DNA of 64,000 nucleotides from Bacteroidota bacterium. GTDB lineage: Bacteria; Bacteroidota; Bacteroidia; Cytophagales; Cyclobacteriaceae. The notes below the pieces were generated by a model. That model worked only from the letters and a program-made list of their open reading frames with translations, was not told where the DNA came from and ran no database searches. The position numbers and the translations under genes were made by a program. The stretch lies in NCBI GenBank assembly GCA_016178785.1, contig JACOSO010000026.1, positions 145,648 to 209,647 on the forward strand. The letters run 5' to 3'. This document shows, piece by piece, positions 19,836 to 30,558 of this stretch (its first letter is position 1; every line of letters begins with the position of its first letter).

Positions 19836-20774
19836 ATGGACGTATTTTTGGTTTTAGTCTTATTTATCGGAATAATCTCTCTGTTCACCCTATTTGTTAC
19901 CGTTAAACAGGGCAATATCGCTGTGGTTACCGTATTCGGAAAATACAAACGCATTCTCCGACCAGGGCTGAATATCAAGGTGCCGCTCATCGAAAAAATT
20001 CATTCGCGAGTTTCGATTCAAAATCGATCTGTGGAATTGGAGTTTCAGGCAACAACGCAAGATCAGGCGAATGTCAATTTCAAAGCGATGCTTTTGTTTT
20101 CAGTATTGAATCAAGAGGAAGACACCATCAAAAACGTTGCGTTCAAATTCCTTGACGCTCAAAGTTTGATGACTGCTTTAACACGTACAATTGAAGGATC
20201 TATCCGCAGTTTCGTTGCAACAAAAAAACAATCTGAGATTCTTTTGCTTCGCACAGAAATTGTTCAGGAAGTAAAGCAACAACTCGACCACACCCTCGAA
20301 GGCTGGGGTTATCACCTCATCGATTTACAGCTGAACGACATTGCTTTCGATGACACAATCATGAAATCGATGGCGAAAGTGGTTGCCTCGACCAATCTGC
20401 GAGCTGCGGCAGAGAACGAGGGGCAGGCATTGCTCATCACCAAAACCAAAGCAGCCGAGGCAGATGGTAATGCGATCAAGATTGCAGCCGAGGCCGAGAA
20501 AATTGCATCACAATTGCGTGGGCAAGGTGTGGCGCTGTTCAGAGAAGAAGTCGCCAAGGGGATGTCACACGCTGCGAAAGAAATGCAGACGGCAAACCTT
20601 GATGCCTCCTTCATTTTGTTTTCGATGTGGACAGAATCGATCCGCCATTTTGCTGAGCACGGAAAAGGCAACACTATCTTTCTTGACGGCTCATCAGACA
20701 ATATGAAACGCACCATGCAAGAGTTGATGTCAATCACCAAAGGGTCAAGCATTACTTCTGAAGAAAAGAAATAA
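19836..20774 (+). CDS. SPFH/band-7 (stomatin/prohibitin-like) domain protein
   Basis: N-terminal TM helix followed by an SPFH domain (VKQGNIAVVTVFGKYKRILRPGLNIKVP). Confidence 0.8.
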   Translation: MDVFLVLVLFIGIISLFTLFVTVKQGNIAVVTVFGKYKRILRPGLNIKVPLIEKIHSRVSIQNRSVELEFQATTQDQANVNFKAMLLFSVLNQEEDTIKNVAFKFLDAQSLMTALTRTIEGSIRSFVATKKQSEILLLRTEIVQEVKQQLDHTLEGWGYHLIDLQLNDIAFDDTIMKSMAKVVASTNLRAAAENEGQALLITKTKAAEADGNAIKIAAEAEKIASQLRGQGVALFREEVAKGMSHAAKEMQTANLDASFILFSMWTESIRHFAEHGKGNTIFLDGSSDNMKRTMQELMSITKGSSITSEEKK

Positions 20775-20794
20775 TTTTTTGCCGAATCGAATTC

Positions 20795-22078
20795 ATGGTT
20801 GACATTAGACAACTCTATAAAAAATATTTAGAGTGTGGTGCAGTCTGCACAGACACGAGGCAAATCATCAGAGGTTCGATTTTTTTTGCGCTGAAGGGGC
20901 CAACTTTCAACGCAAACACTTTCGCAGACGAAGCTTTGCAAAAGGGAGCGGCTTATGCAGTGATTGATGATCCCGCATTCGCGAAAAGCGGTAACTATTT
21001 TTTGGTAACTGACGCGCTTCAAAGCTTGCAGCAACTTGCAAGTTTTCATCGTAGTCAATTAAAAATTCCTGTAATTGGATTGACGGGCTCAAACGGAAAA
21101 ACAACGAGTAAGGAATTGCTGAGTGCAGTACTTCGAAAGAAATTCAAAACTTTTGCAACGAAGGGAAATCTCAACAACCACATCGGTGTTCCTCTTTCAA
21201 TTTTATCCATCGATTCAGCGATCGAAATTGCAGTGATCGAATTGGGAGCAAATCATGTAGGCGAGATTGCAGAACTAGCTAAGATTGCAAACCCCACCCA
21301 CGGATTTATTACGAACATCGGTAAAGCACACACGGGCATGTTTGGTGGCTTTGAAAATGTGATTCGCGCAAAATCAGAATTGTATCAACATTTGATTTTA
21401 ACCAATGGACAAGTCTTCATCAATTCGCTAAATCCGATTTTGAAAAACATGGCCAAGCGATTTCAGTCGCCTTTGTTTTATCCGGCCAGCGGAGACTACT
21501 ATCATGCTGAATTTATTTCAGCTGATCCCTTTGTAAAATTCAGGTCAGAAAATAATGATGAAGTCCAAACTCAAATTGTGGGTGCATACAATTTTGAAAA
21601 CATTGCATCTGCCCTTTGCATTGGAAAATTTTTTGGGGTTGACGAGAAGTTGGCGAACGATGCAATAGCTGAGTACCAACCTGAGAACATGCGATCGCAG
21701 GTTGTGAAAAAAGGAACGAACACAATTATACTTGATGCGTACAATGCCAACCCAAGCTCCATGGTCGCTGCCATTGAAAATCTGGCAATGATGAATGCGG
21801 AAAGAAAGGTTTTGATCCTTGGTGACATGTACGAGCTTGAAGAACCAGAGCAAGAACATCGGGCTATCGGAAAACTGATCAAGGAAAAAGGGATCAATAA
21901 TATATTTCTTGTAGGAAAGTTTTTCAAATCAGCCCTGGAAGAAACTTCTCTGGCGAAATATTTTGAAACAAAACAGTCTTTAATTGATGACTTAAAAAAG
22001 AACCCAATTCATGATTCGACCATTTTGGTAAAGGCATCGAGGGGTATTGGATTAGAAGTTATTTTGGATTTTCTTTAA
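20795..22078 (+). CDS. murF: UDP-N-acetylmuramoyl-tripeptide--D-alanyl-D-alanine ligase
   Basis: Mur ligase P-loop GLTGSNGKTTSKE, MurF domain order. 427 aa. Confidence 0.85.
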   Translation: MVDIRQLYKKYLECGAVCTDTRQIIRGSIFFALKGPTFNANTFADEALQKGAAYAVIDDPAFAKSGNYFLVTDALQSLQQLASFHRSQLKIPVIGLTGSNGKTTSKELLSAVLRKKFKTFATKGNLNNHIGVPLSILSIDSAIEIAVIELGANHVGEIAELAKIANPTHGFITNIGKAHTGMFGGFENVIRAKSELYQHLILTNGQVFINSLNPILKNMAKRFQSPLFYPASGDYYHAEFISADPFVKFRSENNDEVQTQIVGAYNFENIASALCIGKFFGVDEKLANDAIAEYQPENMRSQVVKKGTNTIILDAYNANPSSMVAAIENLAMMNAERKVLILGDMYELEEPEQEHRAIGKLIKEKGINNIFLVGKFFKSALEETSLAKYFETKQSLIDDLKKNPIHDSTILVKASRGIGLEVILDFL

Positions 22079-22114
22079 TCTTCGCCAACTTAGTTTAATA
22101 AATTTTTTTCGTTT

Positions 22115-22777
22115 ATGAACGCTTCTCTCATCCTCAAATTCCTTAAAGACATTGCAAAGAATAACAATCGTGAGTGGTTTGAAAAAAACAAGCCTGTTTA
22201 TCTCGAAGCAAAATCTTCATTCGAAGATTTTCTTGAAGACTTGCACAAAGAGCTGGTGAAGATTGATTCAGGTTTGGCCAGCCTTAATCCCCGTAAACTT
22301 GGTTTTCGCATATACAGAGACGTTCGCTTCAGTAAGGACAAGCGTCCTTATAAGACCAACATGGGCGCTGGTTTTTCTCCGAATGGAAAAATGGAGCAGG
22401 AAGCAGGGTTTTATATCCATTTAGAACCCAACAATAAAAATATGATTGCGGGAGGAATGTATATGCCTAGTCCCGAAAACCTGGCTAAGATTAGACAAGA
22501 GATTGATTATAATCCCAAAGTTATTCTGAAGATTCTGAATGATAAAGAATTCAAAAAACACTTTAAGGGATTATCGGATTGGGATCGGGTGAAGACCGCA
22601 CCGAAGGGTTATCCCAAAGATCATCCGCAGATTGAATTGCTCAAAAATAAAAGCTTTACAGTTTCAAAAACCTTTACCGATGCTGAAGTGAAAGATCCAA
22701 AGTTTGTGAAGAAAGTCGGTGCAATTGCTAAAAGCATAAAAAAACTGAACGATTACCTGAAGAACGCAGTAGCTTAA
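22115..22777 (+). CDS. DUF2461 (TIGR02453) family protein
   Basis: N-terminus LKDIAKNNNREWFEKNKPVY matches the conserved DUF2461 start. Confidence 0.7.
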   Translation: MNASLILKFLKDIAKNNNREWFEKNKPVYLEAKSSFEDFLEDLHKELVKIDSGLASLNPRKLGFRIYRDVRFSKDKRPYKTNMGAGFSPNGKMEQEAGFYIHLEPNNKNMIAGGMYMPSPENLAKIRQEIDYNPKVILKILNDKEFKKHFKGLSDWDRVKTAPKGYPKDHPQIELLKNKSFTVSKTFTDAEVKDPKFVKKVGAIAKSIKKLNDYLKNAVA

Positions 22778-22778
22778 A

Positions 22779-24860
22779 TCAAGCCGAAATATTCTCGACT
22801 ACTTTCACAGGAATGCGAATGATGAACTCACTTCCCTTGCCGAGCTGACTCTCCAGATTGATTTCACCATGCAGTCGCTCCACCAGTGTTTTTACAATGG
22901 CGAGACCAAGACCATTCGAGCTTTCTCCGCCTGTTGGTCTGGCACTTAATTTTTTAAATCGTTGATAGAGTTGTTTCTTATCTCCATCAGAAAACCCGGG
23001 GCCATCGTCTTTCACCGAAAAAGTAAGCGCACCCATGTTGATTTGCGCACTTACATTTACTACAGATTCGCTTTTAGAAAATTTAATGGCATTTGACAAT
23101 AAGTTATCGATAATGCGGGTAATGTATCCCGGATTGCTCGCTATAGTATTATCAATTGAATGATTCAATTGCAAATCGATTTTTTTGCTGATGCTCGAAT
23201 GTTGGAAGAACGCAACTCGCTCTTCGAGCAACTCGCCAAGATTAAATGTTACCGCGTAAGGGATTTCATTCTCCGTTTGCAGGGCATTCACATCAAGCAA
23301 GTCACCGATCAAATCCAGGTTAGATTGGGTAACATCCTTCATTAACCGTACGTATTCTTGCTGCGAAGGTGAAAGCGTGCCCTCCATGGTAAGCAGATTG
23401 CTTAATCCCATAATCCGCGACAATGGAGACTTCAAATCATGCGCAACAATACTCATGATCATGTCTTTCTCATGATTGAGGTCAGCCAGTTTGTGGTTTT
23501 GAGTGGAAAGGTCAATGTTACGCTTTTCAATTTGCTTGCGTTGAAGATCGATGAATTGATTTTGTGCTTCCAGCTTAAGGTTGATACGCGTGCGCTTCTG
23601 GCTGTAGTACCAAAGAGCACCCGCCATACTCAACACACAAAGAAGCACGGCAAACAGGGCAATGTTTTGTCCGCGTTGCTTTGCGATAACAGTCGCCTGA
23701 TGCGCTTCACTCATTTTCAGTATCTCATTCTCTTTTTCCTTTTTCTCAATCTCTAATTGAAACTGTAAGCGCTCTACCTGCCGGGTGAGGTCAAGATCTT
23801 TTATTGAGTCCTTTCGCACAAGATATTGGTTGAGGTACTGCATGGATTCAGATGTGTTATGTTCAGCCTCGGCCAGCTTCCATAAATGATTATAGGCATC
23901 CATTTGGCCATGCAGATCTCTTATGTCTGAAGCAATTTTCAATGCTGATTTAAAGTATGATTCAGCGCTTTTTAGATTCTTTTTTAAGAATTTGATTTGC
24001 CCCAGCGCGATCATTGTCTCAGCCATCACGGGTACATAATTCAAGCGTTTGATTACCGCTGCTCCCGCCTCAGCCTGTTTTTCGGCTTCATCAATCTGAT
24101 TAAGCTCAATGAAATTTTTCGCCATTAATAATTTTATTTCCGAGAATATGAGTTCATCATTGATGTAATGGCAAATAGAGTCAGCTTTTAACAATGATGC
24201 ATTCGATTTATCAAATTCATTTCGTTCGTAATAAAGCCGGCCAAGCATCATCAAAGCCGATATGATGTCGCGCTTGTTATGCAATTTCAACCTGATATTA
24301 TACGCTTCGATATAGTTTGTCTCAGACTGAATAAAATCCTTTTGCGTTCGCTGCAGTGTAGCCAAGCTTTGAATGGTGTAAGCCAAACCATTGTTGTCGT
24401 GCAATTTTTTAAAAATACTATATGACCGCACATAATAATCATAGGCTTTAGCCAACAATCCTTGCTCAAAAAATAATCGACCAATATTATTGTTGCTATG
24501 TGCAATCTGCGTAGAATCCTTTTGCTTGGTGCTTAACTCAAGCGCTTTTGAATAAAGTTCGTACGCGATGAGCCTCTCTCCTTTGTAATTATAAGCAACA
24601 CCCTGATAGTTGAGTGCCCGTGCACGATCTGCAGGTAATTGAAGTTCATCCGCCAATTTAAAAGCTTTTTGCGCGTAGATTAATGTGCTATCGGGGTAAG
24701 CAAACCGAAATTCCCAAGCAATCTCATTCCAAAGTTTGTATCGGGCCTCAGCCGAGGCATGAGGTAGTTTCTTCTTCAGACTATCGATCTTTTGTAAATT
24801 CTGAGCGACAGTAAGAGCCGGAGCGAGTGCAAAAACGAAATAAAGTATCCTTCGAGTCAA
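22779..24860 (-). CDS. TPR-repeat sensor histidine kinase (no adjacent response regulator)
   Basis: Signal/TM, multiple TPR units, TM segment, coiled coil, H-box HDLKSPL, HATPase_c (DDGPGF, GLGLAIVK). Confidence 0.8.
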   Translation of the reverse strand: MTRRILYFVFALAPALTVAQNLQKIDSLKKKLPHASAEARYKLWNEIAWEFRFAYPDSTLIYAQKAFKLADELQLPADRARALNYQGVAYNYKGERLIAYELYSKALELSTKQKDSTQIAHSNNNIGRLFFEQGLLAKAYDYYVRSYSIFKKLHDNNGLAYTIQSLATLQRTQKDFIQSETNYIEAYNIRLKLHNKRDIISALMMLGRLYYERNEFDKSNASLLKADSICHYINDELIFSEIKLLMAKNFIELNQIDEAEKQAEAGAAVIKRLNYVPVMAETMIALGQIKFLKKNLKSAESYFKSALKIASDIRDLHGQMDAYNHLWKLAEAEHNTSESMQYLNQYLVRKDSIKDLDLTRQVERLQFQLEIEKKEKENEILKMSEAHQATVIAKQRGQNIALFAVLLCVLSMAGALWYYSQKRTRINLKLEAQNQFIDLQRKQIEKRNIDLSTQNHKLADLNHEKDMIMSIVAHDLKSPLSRIMGLSNLLTMEGTLSPSQQEYVRLMKDVTQSNLDLIGDLLDVNALQTENEIPYAVTFNLGELLEERVAFFQHSSISKKIDLQLNHSIDNTIASNPGYITRIIDNLLSNAIKFSKSESVVNVSAQINMGALTFSVKDDGPGFSDGDKKQLYQRFKKLSARPTGGESSNGLGLAIVKTLVERLHGEINLESQLGKGSEFIIRIPVKVVENISA

Positions 24861-24990
24861 AGCCGTACGAGATTAGGTGATCCAAGATTAAAAATAGACC
24901 AGCAAAGATAATACGGAATTTTTAGGAAAGAATGAGATTAGTCGGTGAAAATGACAATAAATCTGAAGGCAGGTCTTTTCTGTTAATCCT

Positions 24991-26223
24991 TCAATTTTCT
25001 TCGATAAAATTCATATCTCGAGAGAACGTTTCGTCAATCGACCGAATCGCAATCAGTGCAATAACGATTGTTAGCAAACCTACCCAAAGGGCGCCATAGA
25101 TCACCCCCCATTCGGCACGTGCAAGTTTAAATAACGCAGTAATAGGCACCACGGTGCCTCTGATAAAGTTGGGAACAGTGGTGGCAACCGTTGACCGTAA
25201 ATTGGTACCAAACTGTTCGGCCGCAATAGTGACGAACAATGCCCAGTAGCCCACTCCCACACCGAGTAAGAAACAATTGAAATAAAAATGATCAACGGAA
25301 ATCGAATCTGAAAACAAATACATCAGCACAAATACAAGGGTGAGCGCGATATAAGCCAACACAATTTTCTTTCGAGTCCTCATCCACTGACTCAGCAACC
25401 CACTGGAAAGATCGCCCACCGTCAAGCCAATGTAGCTCCACATCACGGCATCGCCTGATTTTATTTCTCCGTCTATATTCAAGGCTTTCGCGATTTCAGG
25501 TGAAGCAAAAATCAAAATGCCGATGACGTACCAAATTGGTGTGCCGATGAAGATACATCCCAAAAATTTCTTCAGCCTTTCTTTTTTATTGAAGAGCATG
25601 AAAAAATTTCCGCGCTCCACTTTCTCTTCTTTCACTTTCAAAAAAATCCCGGACTCAAAAACGCTGACACGTGCGATGAGAAGAAGCAGACCCAATCCAC
25701 CTCCAATAAAGAAGGCCTTGCGCCAATCATCGTGAGATGACCTCACCACAAAGTTGGCAACTACAGCACCCAGTAGGCCTACTGTAGCTACGAGTGTTGT
25801 GCCATAGCCGCGAAGTCGTGTAGGCAAAGATTCTGAAACCAGCGTTATGCCCGCACCAAGTTCTCCTGCCAAACCAATGCCCGCTATGAATCTTAAGAAG
25901 GCATACTGTGTGGTGTCCGCAACAAACCCGTTAGCAATGTTTGCCAATGAGTATAAAAGTATAGAACCGAACAAAACTGAGAGTCTTCCTTTTTTGTCCC
26001 CCATAATGCCCCAGATTATTCCGCCCGTGAGCAGCCCAATCATCTGTACTTGCAATAAAAATTCGCCCTCGCTCAATAAATCAGCTTCACTCACACCCAA
26101 AGCCATCAGGCTTGGCTTTCTTACAATGCTGAAGAGAAGCAGATCGTAGATATCAACGAAGTAACCAAGAGCTGCAACAATGACAGGGATGCTGAGCAGG
26201 GGCTTAAAACTTTTGTCCTCCAT
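24991..26223 (-). CDS. MFS transporter
   Basis: 12-TM-like hydrophobic profile with MFS signature GDKKGRL between TM2 and TM3. Confidence 0.8.
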   Translation of the reverse strand: MEDKSFKPLLSIPVIVAALGYFVDIYDLLLFSIVRKPSLMALGVSEADLLSEGEFLLQVQMIGLLTGGIIWGIMGDKKGRLSVLFGSILLYSLANIANGFVADTTQYAFLRFIAGIGLAGELGAGITLVSESLPTRLRGYGTTLVATVGLLGAVVANFVVRSSHDDWRKAFFIGGGLGLLLLIARVSVFESGIFLKVKEEKVERGNFFMLFNKKERLKKFLGCIFIGTPIWYVIGILIFASPEIAKALNIDGEIKSGDAVMWSYIGLTVGDLSSGLLSQWMRTRKKIVLAYIALTLVFVLMYLFSDSISVDHFYFNCFLLGVGVGYWALFVTIAAEQFGTNLRSTVATTVPNFIRGTVVPITALFKLARAEWGVIYGALWVGLLTIVIALIAIRSIDETFSRDMNFIEEN

Positions 26224-26354
26224 AAGAAATTTTGCCTGAAAGTAATTTTTGTTTTTCGAAACTCAATGCCTAGATAATTCATTTGCCTGTTATAAAAAAG
26301 ACATTTTTCGTTGCTGGATTTTTAGTATCATCGTCACCAATTCACCTTTTACCT

Positions 26355-29300
26355 ATGAAAAAACTACTAATTCTTTTTGTCTTTAGTCTACCGTTCTGCC
26401 TCAACGCGCAGAAGAAATCAGCCACCGTTTCAAAGAATACTTTAACCTTCGATGAAAAACTATATAATGCCCTCGGGTGGCGCAGTATCGGGCCTTATCG
26501 CGGTGGGCGTTCATCGGCCGTAACCGGTGTGGCAGGCAAACCAAATTTATTCTACTTCGGCTCCACGGGTGGAGGCGTATGGCGCACGACTGATGCCGGG
26601 AATACCTGGTCAAATATTTCAGACAAATTTTTTGGAGGCTCGATTGGCTCAATTGCTGTAAGCGAGTGGGACAACAATGTGATCTACGTTGGACAAGGTG
26701 AAGCGACTGTGCGTGGAAATGTTTCTTTCGGCCATGGCATTTATAAATCAACTGACGCAGGGAAAACATGGACGTTCATCGGGTTGAAAAATTCTAATCA
26801 TATTCCTCGTATTCGCATCCATCCAAAAAACCCGGATGTGGTTTACGCAGCTGTGCTCGGAGATCTTTTTAAATCTTCAGATGAAAGAGGGGTTTACCGT
26901 TCAGACGATGGAGGCAAGACTTGGAACAAAAAATTATTCGTGAATGTTGATGCGGGCGCTGTTGACTTATGCATGGACCCCAACAATCCAAGAATTTTAT
27001 TTGCATCTACCTGGCGCGTGCGAAGAACTCCGTACAGCTTGGAAAGTGGTGGCGAAGGCTCTGCTCTCTGGAAAAGCACAGACGGAGGTGACACCTGGAA
27101 AAATATTTCTTCAAATGAAGGATTGCCGAAAGGGATTTGGGGAATCTCCGGTGTATCAGTTTCTCCGGTGAATTCAAATCGCGTTTACGCCATTATTGAA
27201 AATGACAACGGTGGAGTTTATCGTTCAGACGATGGCGGAGAAAAATGGACGAAGATGAATGACGATCGCAACCTGCGTCAGCGGGCATGGTATTATTCAA
27301 AAATTTATGCCGACACCAAAGACGAAGATATAGTCTATGTGCTGAATGTATCTTATCATAAATCAAAGGACGGAGGAAAGACTTTTAAATCGATGAACGC
27401 CAACCATGGCGATCACCACGATCTGTGGATCGCACCTGAAGACAACCAGCGCATGATCATTGCCGATGACGGTGGCGGTGAAGTTTCATTTGACGGAGGT
27501 GAAAACTGGAGCACATATCACAATCAGCCTACTGCTCAATATTATAGGGTGATCACTGACAATCATTTTCCTTATCGAATTTACGGAGCACAACAAGACA
27601 ACTCTACCCAACGCGTGTCGCATCGCACCGATGGCTATTCGATTGGTGAGCACGATTGGGAAATAACAGCGGGAGGCGAAAGTGGCCACATTGCCGTTGA
27701 CCCTACCGATGAGGACATTGTTTATGGAGGAAGCTATGATGGGTATCTTGAAAGAAAAAATCATAAGACAGGCGAATCGCGCAGTATTAACGCGTGGCCT
27801 GATAATCCGATGGGCTCTGGGGCAGAAGGTGCCAAGTACCGCTTTCAATGGAACTTCCCGCTTTTCTTTTCGCCACACAATCCTAGAAAATTATACTCGG
27901 CATCGCAGCATCTTCACGTGAGTTATAATGGTGGCGAAAGCTGGGAGTCGATCAGTCCGGATTTAACGCGGAATGACCCTACCAAACTTGGCCCGTCAGG
28001 CGGACCGATTACCAAGGACAACACAGCCGTTGAATATTACTGTACCATTTTCGCAGTCGCGGAATCTCCTTATGAAAAAGATTTGATCATTGCCGGGTCA
28101 GATGATGGGCTTCTTCACATTACAAAAGATGGAGGAAAAAACTGGGAGAAGATCACACCTGCGGGAATGCCAGAGTGGATGATGTTCAACAGCATTGAGT
28201 TTGATCCGTTTGTGAAAGGCGGAGCTTACGTGGCGGGCACGCGCTACAAGTCTGGCGACTATCAACCTTACTTGTACAAAACAAAAGACTACGGAAAAAC
28301 GTGGACAAAAATTACCGATGGAATTGACCCTTCACATTTTACACGTGTAGTTCGCACTGATCAAAAGCGTGCAGGATTACTTTATGCAGGAACCGAATTT
28401 GGCATGTACATTTCATTTGATGATGGCGCAAGCTGGAAACCCTTTCAATTGAATTTGCCCATTGTACCGATCACTGATCTTACCATTAAAAATGACAACC
28501 TCATCGCAGCAACGCAGGGCAGAAGTTTTTGGTTGATCGATGATCTCACACCGTTACATCAGTTGAACGATGTGGTTGCCAAGAGTGATGTTCACCTGTA
28601 CAAGCCAATGCCGAGCTACCGAATGAACGGAGGACAAGCAAGATCAGAATCAAAGACTGAAGGCAAGAACCATCCGAACGGAGTGATGATTCATTATTTT
28701 TTGAAGGACACCACGAAAGCAAAAGTATCTCTGGAAATCATGGAAACTGATGGTAAGCTGATCAAAAAATTTTCAGTGAAGCCTGATAAAAAACTGAAAG
28801 AAGAAGAAATGAAAATAAGGCCAGGCATGAACCGCCAGGTCTGGAACATGCGCTATGCCGATGCTGAAGGTTTTGACGGGCTGATCATGTGGGCCGCATC
28901 ACTCACCGGGCCTAAGGCGATTCCGGGGATTTACAAAGCCAAATTGACTGTGAACGGAATACCGCATGAAACCGAATTTGAGATTTTAAAAGACCCGCGC
29001 ACAAATGGTACGCAAGCCGACATAAAAGCACAGTTTGATTTTGCAATTGCTGTACGGGACAAACTTACAGAAACAAACAAAGCAGTGAAAAATATCCGCA
29101 CAATCCGTGAGCAGGTCAATCGAGTGATCGATCCCATGAAGGACAAAGCCGAGTTAAAAGATGTAACCGAAATGGGTAAGGCAATAAACGATGAAATGAA
29201 AAAAATTGAAGAGGCTTTGTATCAAACAAAAAACAAGAGCGGCCAGGATCCACTCAACTACCCGATCAGGCTGAACAATAAATTGGGAGCACTGGCAGGT

Positions 29301-29483
29301 GAAGTGGATGGAAGCGATTATAAACCAACAGAACAAGTGAAATCAGTTTACAAGGAGATCACCGATAAAATTGATTTGCAATTGAACAGCCTGCGTCAGA
29401 TTATGAAAGATAAACTGCCAAAGTTCAATGAACTTGTGAAACAAAAACAAGTGAGCGCAGTGATGGTGGATGAAGTGATGTAA
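26355..29483 (+). CDS. BNR/Asp-box repeat, VPS10/sortilin-like domain protein (glycoside hydrolase-like), secreted
   Basis: Signal peptide MKKLLILFVFSLPFCLNAQ. Repeated S-x-D-x-G-x-T-W Asp-boxes (TTDAGNTW, STDAGKTW, SDDGGKTW, STDGGDTW, SKDGGKTF...). Confidence 0.75.
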   Translation: MKKLLILFVFSLPFCLNAQKKSATVSKNTLTFDEKLYNALGWRSIGPYRGGRSSAVTGVAGKPNLFYFGSTGGGVWRTTDAGNTWSNISDKFFGGSIGSIAVSEWDNNVIYVGQGEATVRGNVSFGHGIYKSTDAGKTWTFIGLKNSNHIPRIRIHPKNPDVVYAAVLGDLFKSSDERGVYRSDDGGKTWNKKLFVNVDAGAVDLCMDPNNPRILFASTWRVRRTPYSLESGGEGSALWKSTDGGDTWKNISSNEGLPKGIWGISGVSVSPVNSNRVYAIIENDNGGVYRSDDGGEKWTKMNDDRNLRQRAWYYSKIYADTKDEDIVYVLNVSYHKSKDGGKTFKSMNANHGDHHDLWIAPEDNQRMIIADDGGGEVSFDGGENWSTYHNQPTAQYYRVITDNHFPYRIYGAQQDNSTQRVSHRTDGYSIGEHDWEITAGGESGHIAVDPTDEDIVYGGSYDGYLERKNHKTGESRSINAWPDNPMGSGAEGAKYRFQWNFPLFFSPHNPRKLYSASQHLHVSYNGGESWESISPDLTRNDPTKLGPSGGPITKDNTAVEYYCTIFAVAESPYEKDLIIAGSDDGLLHITKDGGKNWEKITPAGMPEWMMFNSIEFDPFVKGGAYVAGTRYKSGDYQPYLYKTKDYGKTWTKITDGIDPSHFTRVVRTDQKRAGLLYAGTEFGMYISFDDGASWKPFQLNLPIVPITDLTIKNDNLIAATQGRSFWLIDDLTPLHQLNDVVAKSDVHLYKPMPSYRMNGGQARSESKTEGKNHPNGVMIHYFLKDTTKAKVSLEIMETDGKLIKKFSVKPDKKLKEEEMKIRPGMNRQVWNMRYADAEGFDGLIMWAASLTGPKAIPGIYKAKLTVNGIPHETEFEILKDPRTNGTQADIKAQFDFAIAVRDKLTETNKAVKNIRTIREQVNRVIDPMKDKAELKDVTEMGKAINDEMKKIEEALYQTKNKSGQDPLNYPIRLNNKLGALAGEVDGSDYKPTEQVKSVYKEITDKIDLQLNSLRQIMKDKLPKFNELVKQKQVSAVMVDEVM

Positions 29484-29556
29484 ATGTTCTCTATTTAACC
29501 GCGTAGACAATGGTTCTATGCGGTTAAAAACTTGTCAACTATATTTGTTGACACTC

Positions 29557-30558
29557 ATGAGAAGCTCTTCTGTAAAATTTTTGTTTCTTATTTTTTTGTT
29601 ATTGTTTTTATTCCTTACTGATGTAGTCATTGGTGGTGTCTCCATTCCCATTTCAGAGGTTCTCGGAAATCTTTTTTCAAAAAGTGAATCAACACTCCAC
29701 ACGATACTTTGGCAGTTTCGTTTGCCCAAAGCAATTACATGCGTTCTTGCGGGAGCTTCTCTCGCGTGTAGCGGCTTGCTGATGCAGACTCTTTTTCGGA
29801 ATCCATTGGCAGGGCCGGATGTGTTGGGATTAAGTTCGGGTGCAAGCTTAGCTGTGGGGATACTTGTACTACTGGGTCGCGGATTTGATTTTACTTTTAA
29901 TGAATGGAGCCTTGCCTTCGCAGCAGGAGGCGGTGGTATACTCGTACTCTTGCTCATGCTTGGCATTGCCCGAAGTGTAAGGGACAACGCTTCACTTTTG
30001 ATTATTGGCTTGATGCTGGCCGCAGCGACCTCTTCAATCATGAGTGTGATGCAGTTTGTGAGCCGGGCAGAGGACCTGCAATTTTATGTTTTGTGGACAA
30101 TGGGCAGCGTAGGCAACACGGGTTGGAATGAGATTGGCGTGATAGCAATTATTTCTGTTGTTGGAGTAAATATCAGTTTACTTTTGCTAAAACCACTCAA
30201 CAGTTGGCTGCTCGGAGAAAACTACGCGCGCAGTTTAGGGGTTAATGTTGATCGCTCACGCTTGTGGATTGTCATCGCAGCAGGTTTGATGACGGGTGCG
30301 ATCACTGCTTTTTGCGGACCAATTGCTTTTGTCGGTCTGGCAGTTCCCCATCTGGCTCGGTTGGTCATGCAAACTACCAATCATAAAATTTTATTACCAA
30401 CAGTAATTTGTGGGGGAGCAATACTTCTTCTCTTTTGCGATTTCATTTCTCAACTAATGAGCGACACACAGGCGCTTCCATTGAATGCACTGACTTCACT
30501 TATTGGTGCACCCGTTGTTATTTGGCAAGTGATGAAGTTTAAGAAAGTGAGCGTTTGA
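29557..30558 (+). CDS. FecCD-family iron-chelate/cobalamin ABC transporter permease
   Basis: FecCD-type multi-TM permease (GGVSIPISEVLGNL, ALPLNALTSLIGAPVVIW). Start moved to 29557 because 29497-29531 forms a hairpin. Confidence 0.8.
   Translation: MRSSSVKFLFLIFLLLFLFLTDVVIGGVSIPISEVLGNLFSKSESTLHTILWQFRLPKAITCVLAGASLACSGLLMQTLFRNPLAGPDVLGLSSGASLAVGILVLLGRGFDFTFNEWSLAFAAGGGGILVLLLMLGIARSVRDNASLLIIGLMLAAATSSIMSVMQFVSRAEDLQFYVLWTMGSVGNTGWNEIGVIAIISVVGVNISLLLLKPLNSWLLGENYARSLGVNVDRSRLWIVIAAGLMTGAITAFCGPIAFVGLAVPHLARLVMQTTNHKILLPTVICGGAILLLFCDFISQLMSDTQALPLNALTSLIGAPVVIWQVMKFKKVSV

Noticed and set aside
29497-29531. Hairpin after the BNR-protein gene considered as an intrinsic terminator
   Set aside because: No downstream U-tract on either strand. 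Retained only as evidence for the FecCD start position.
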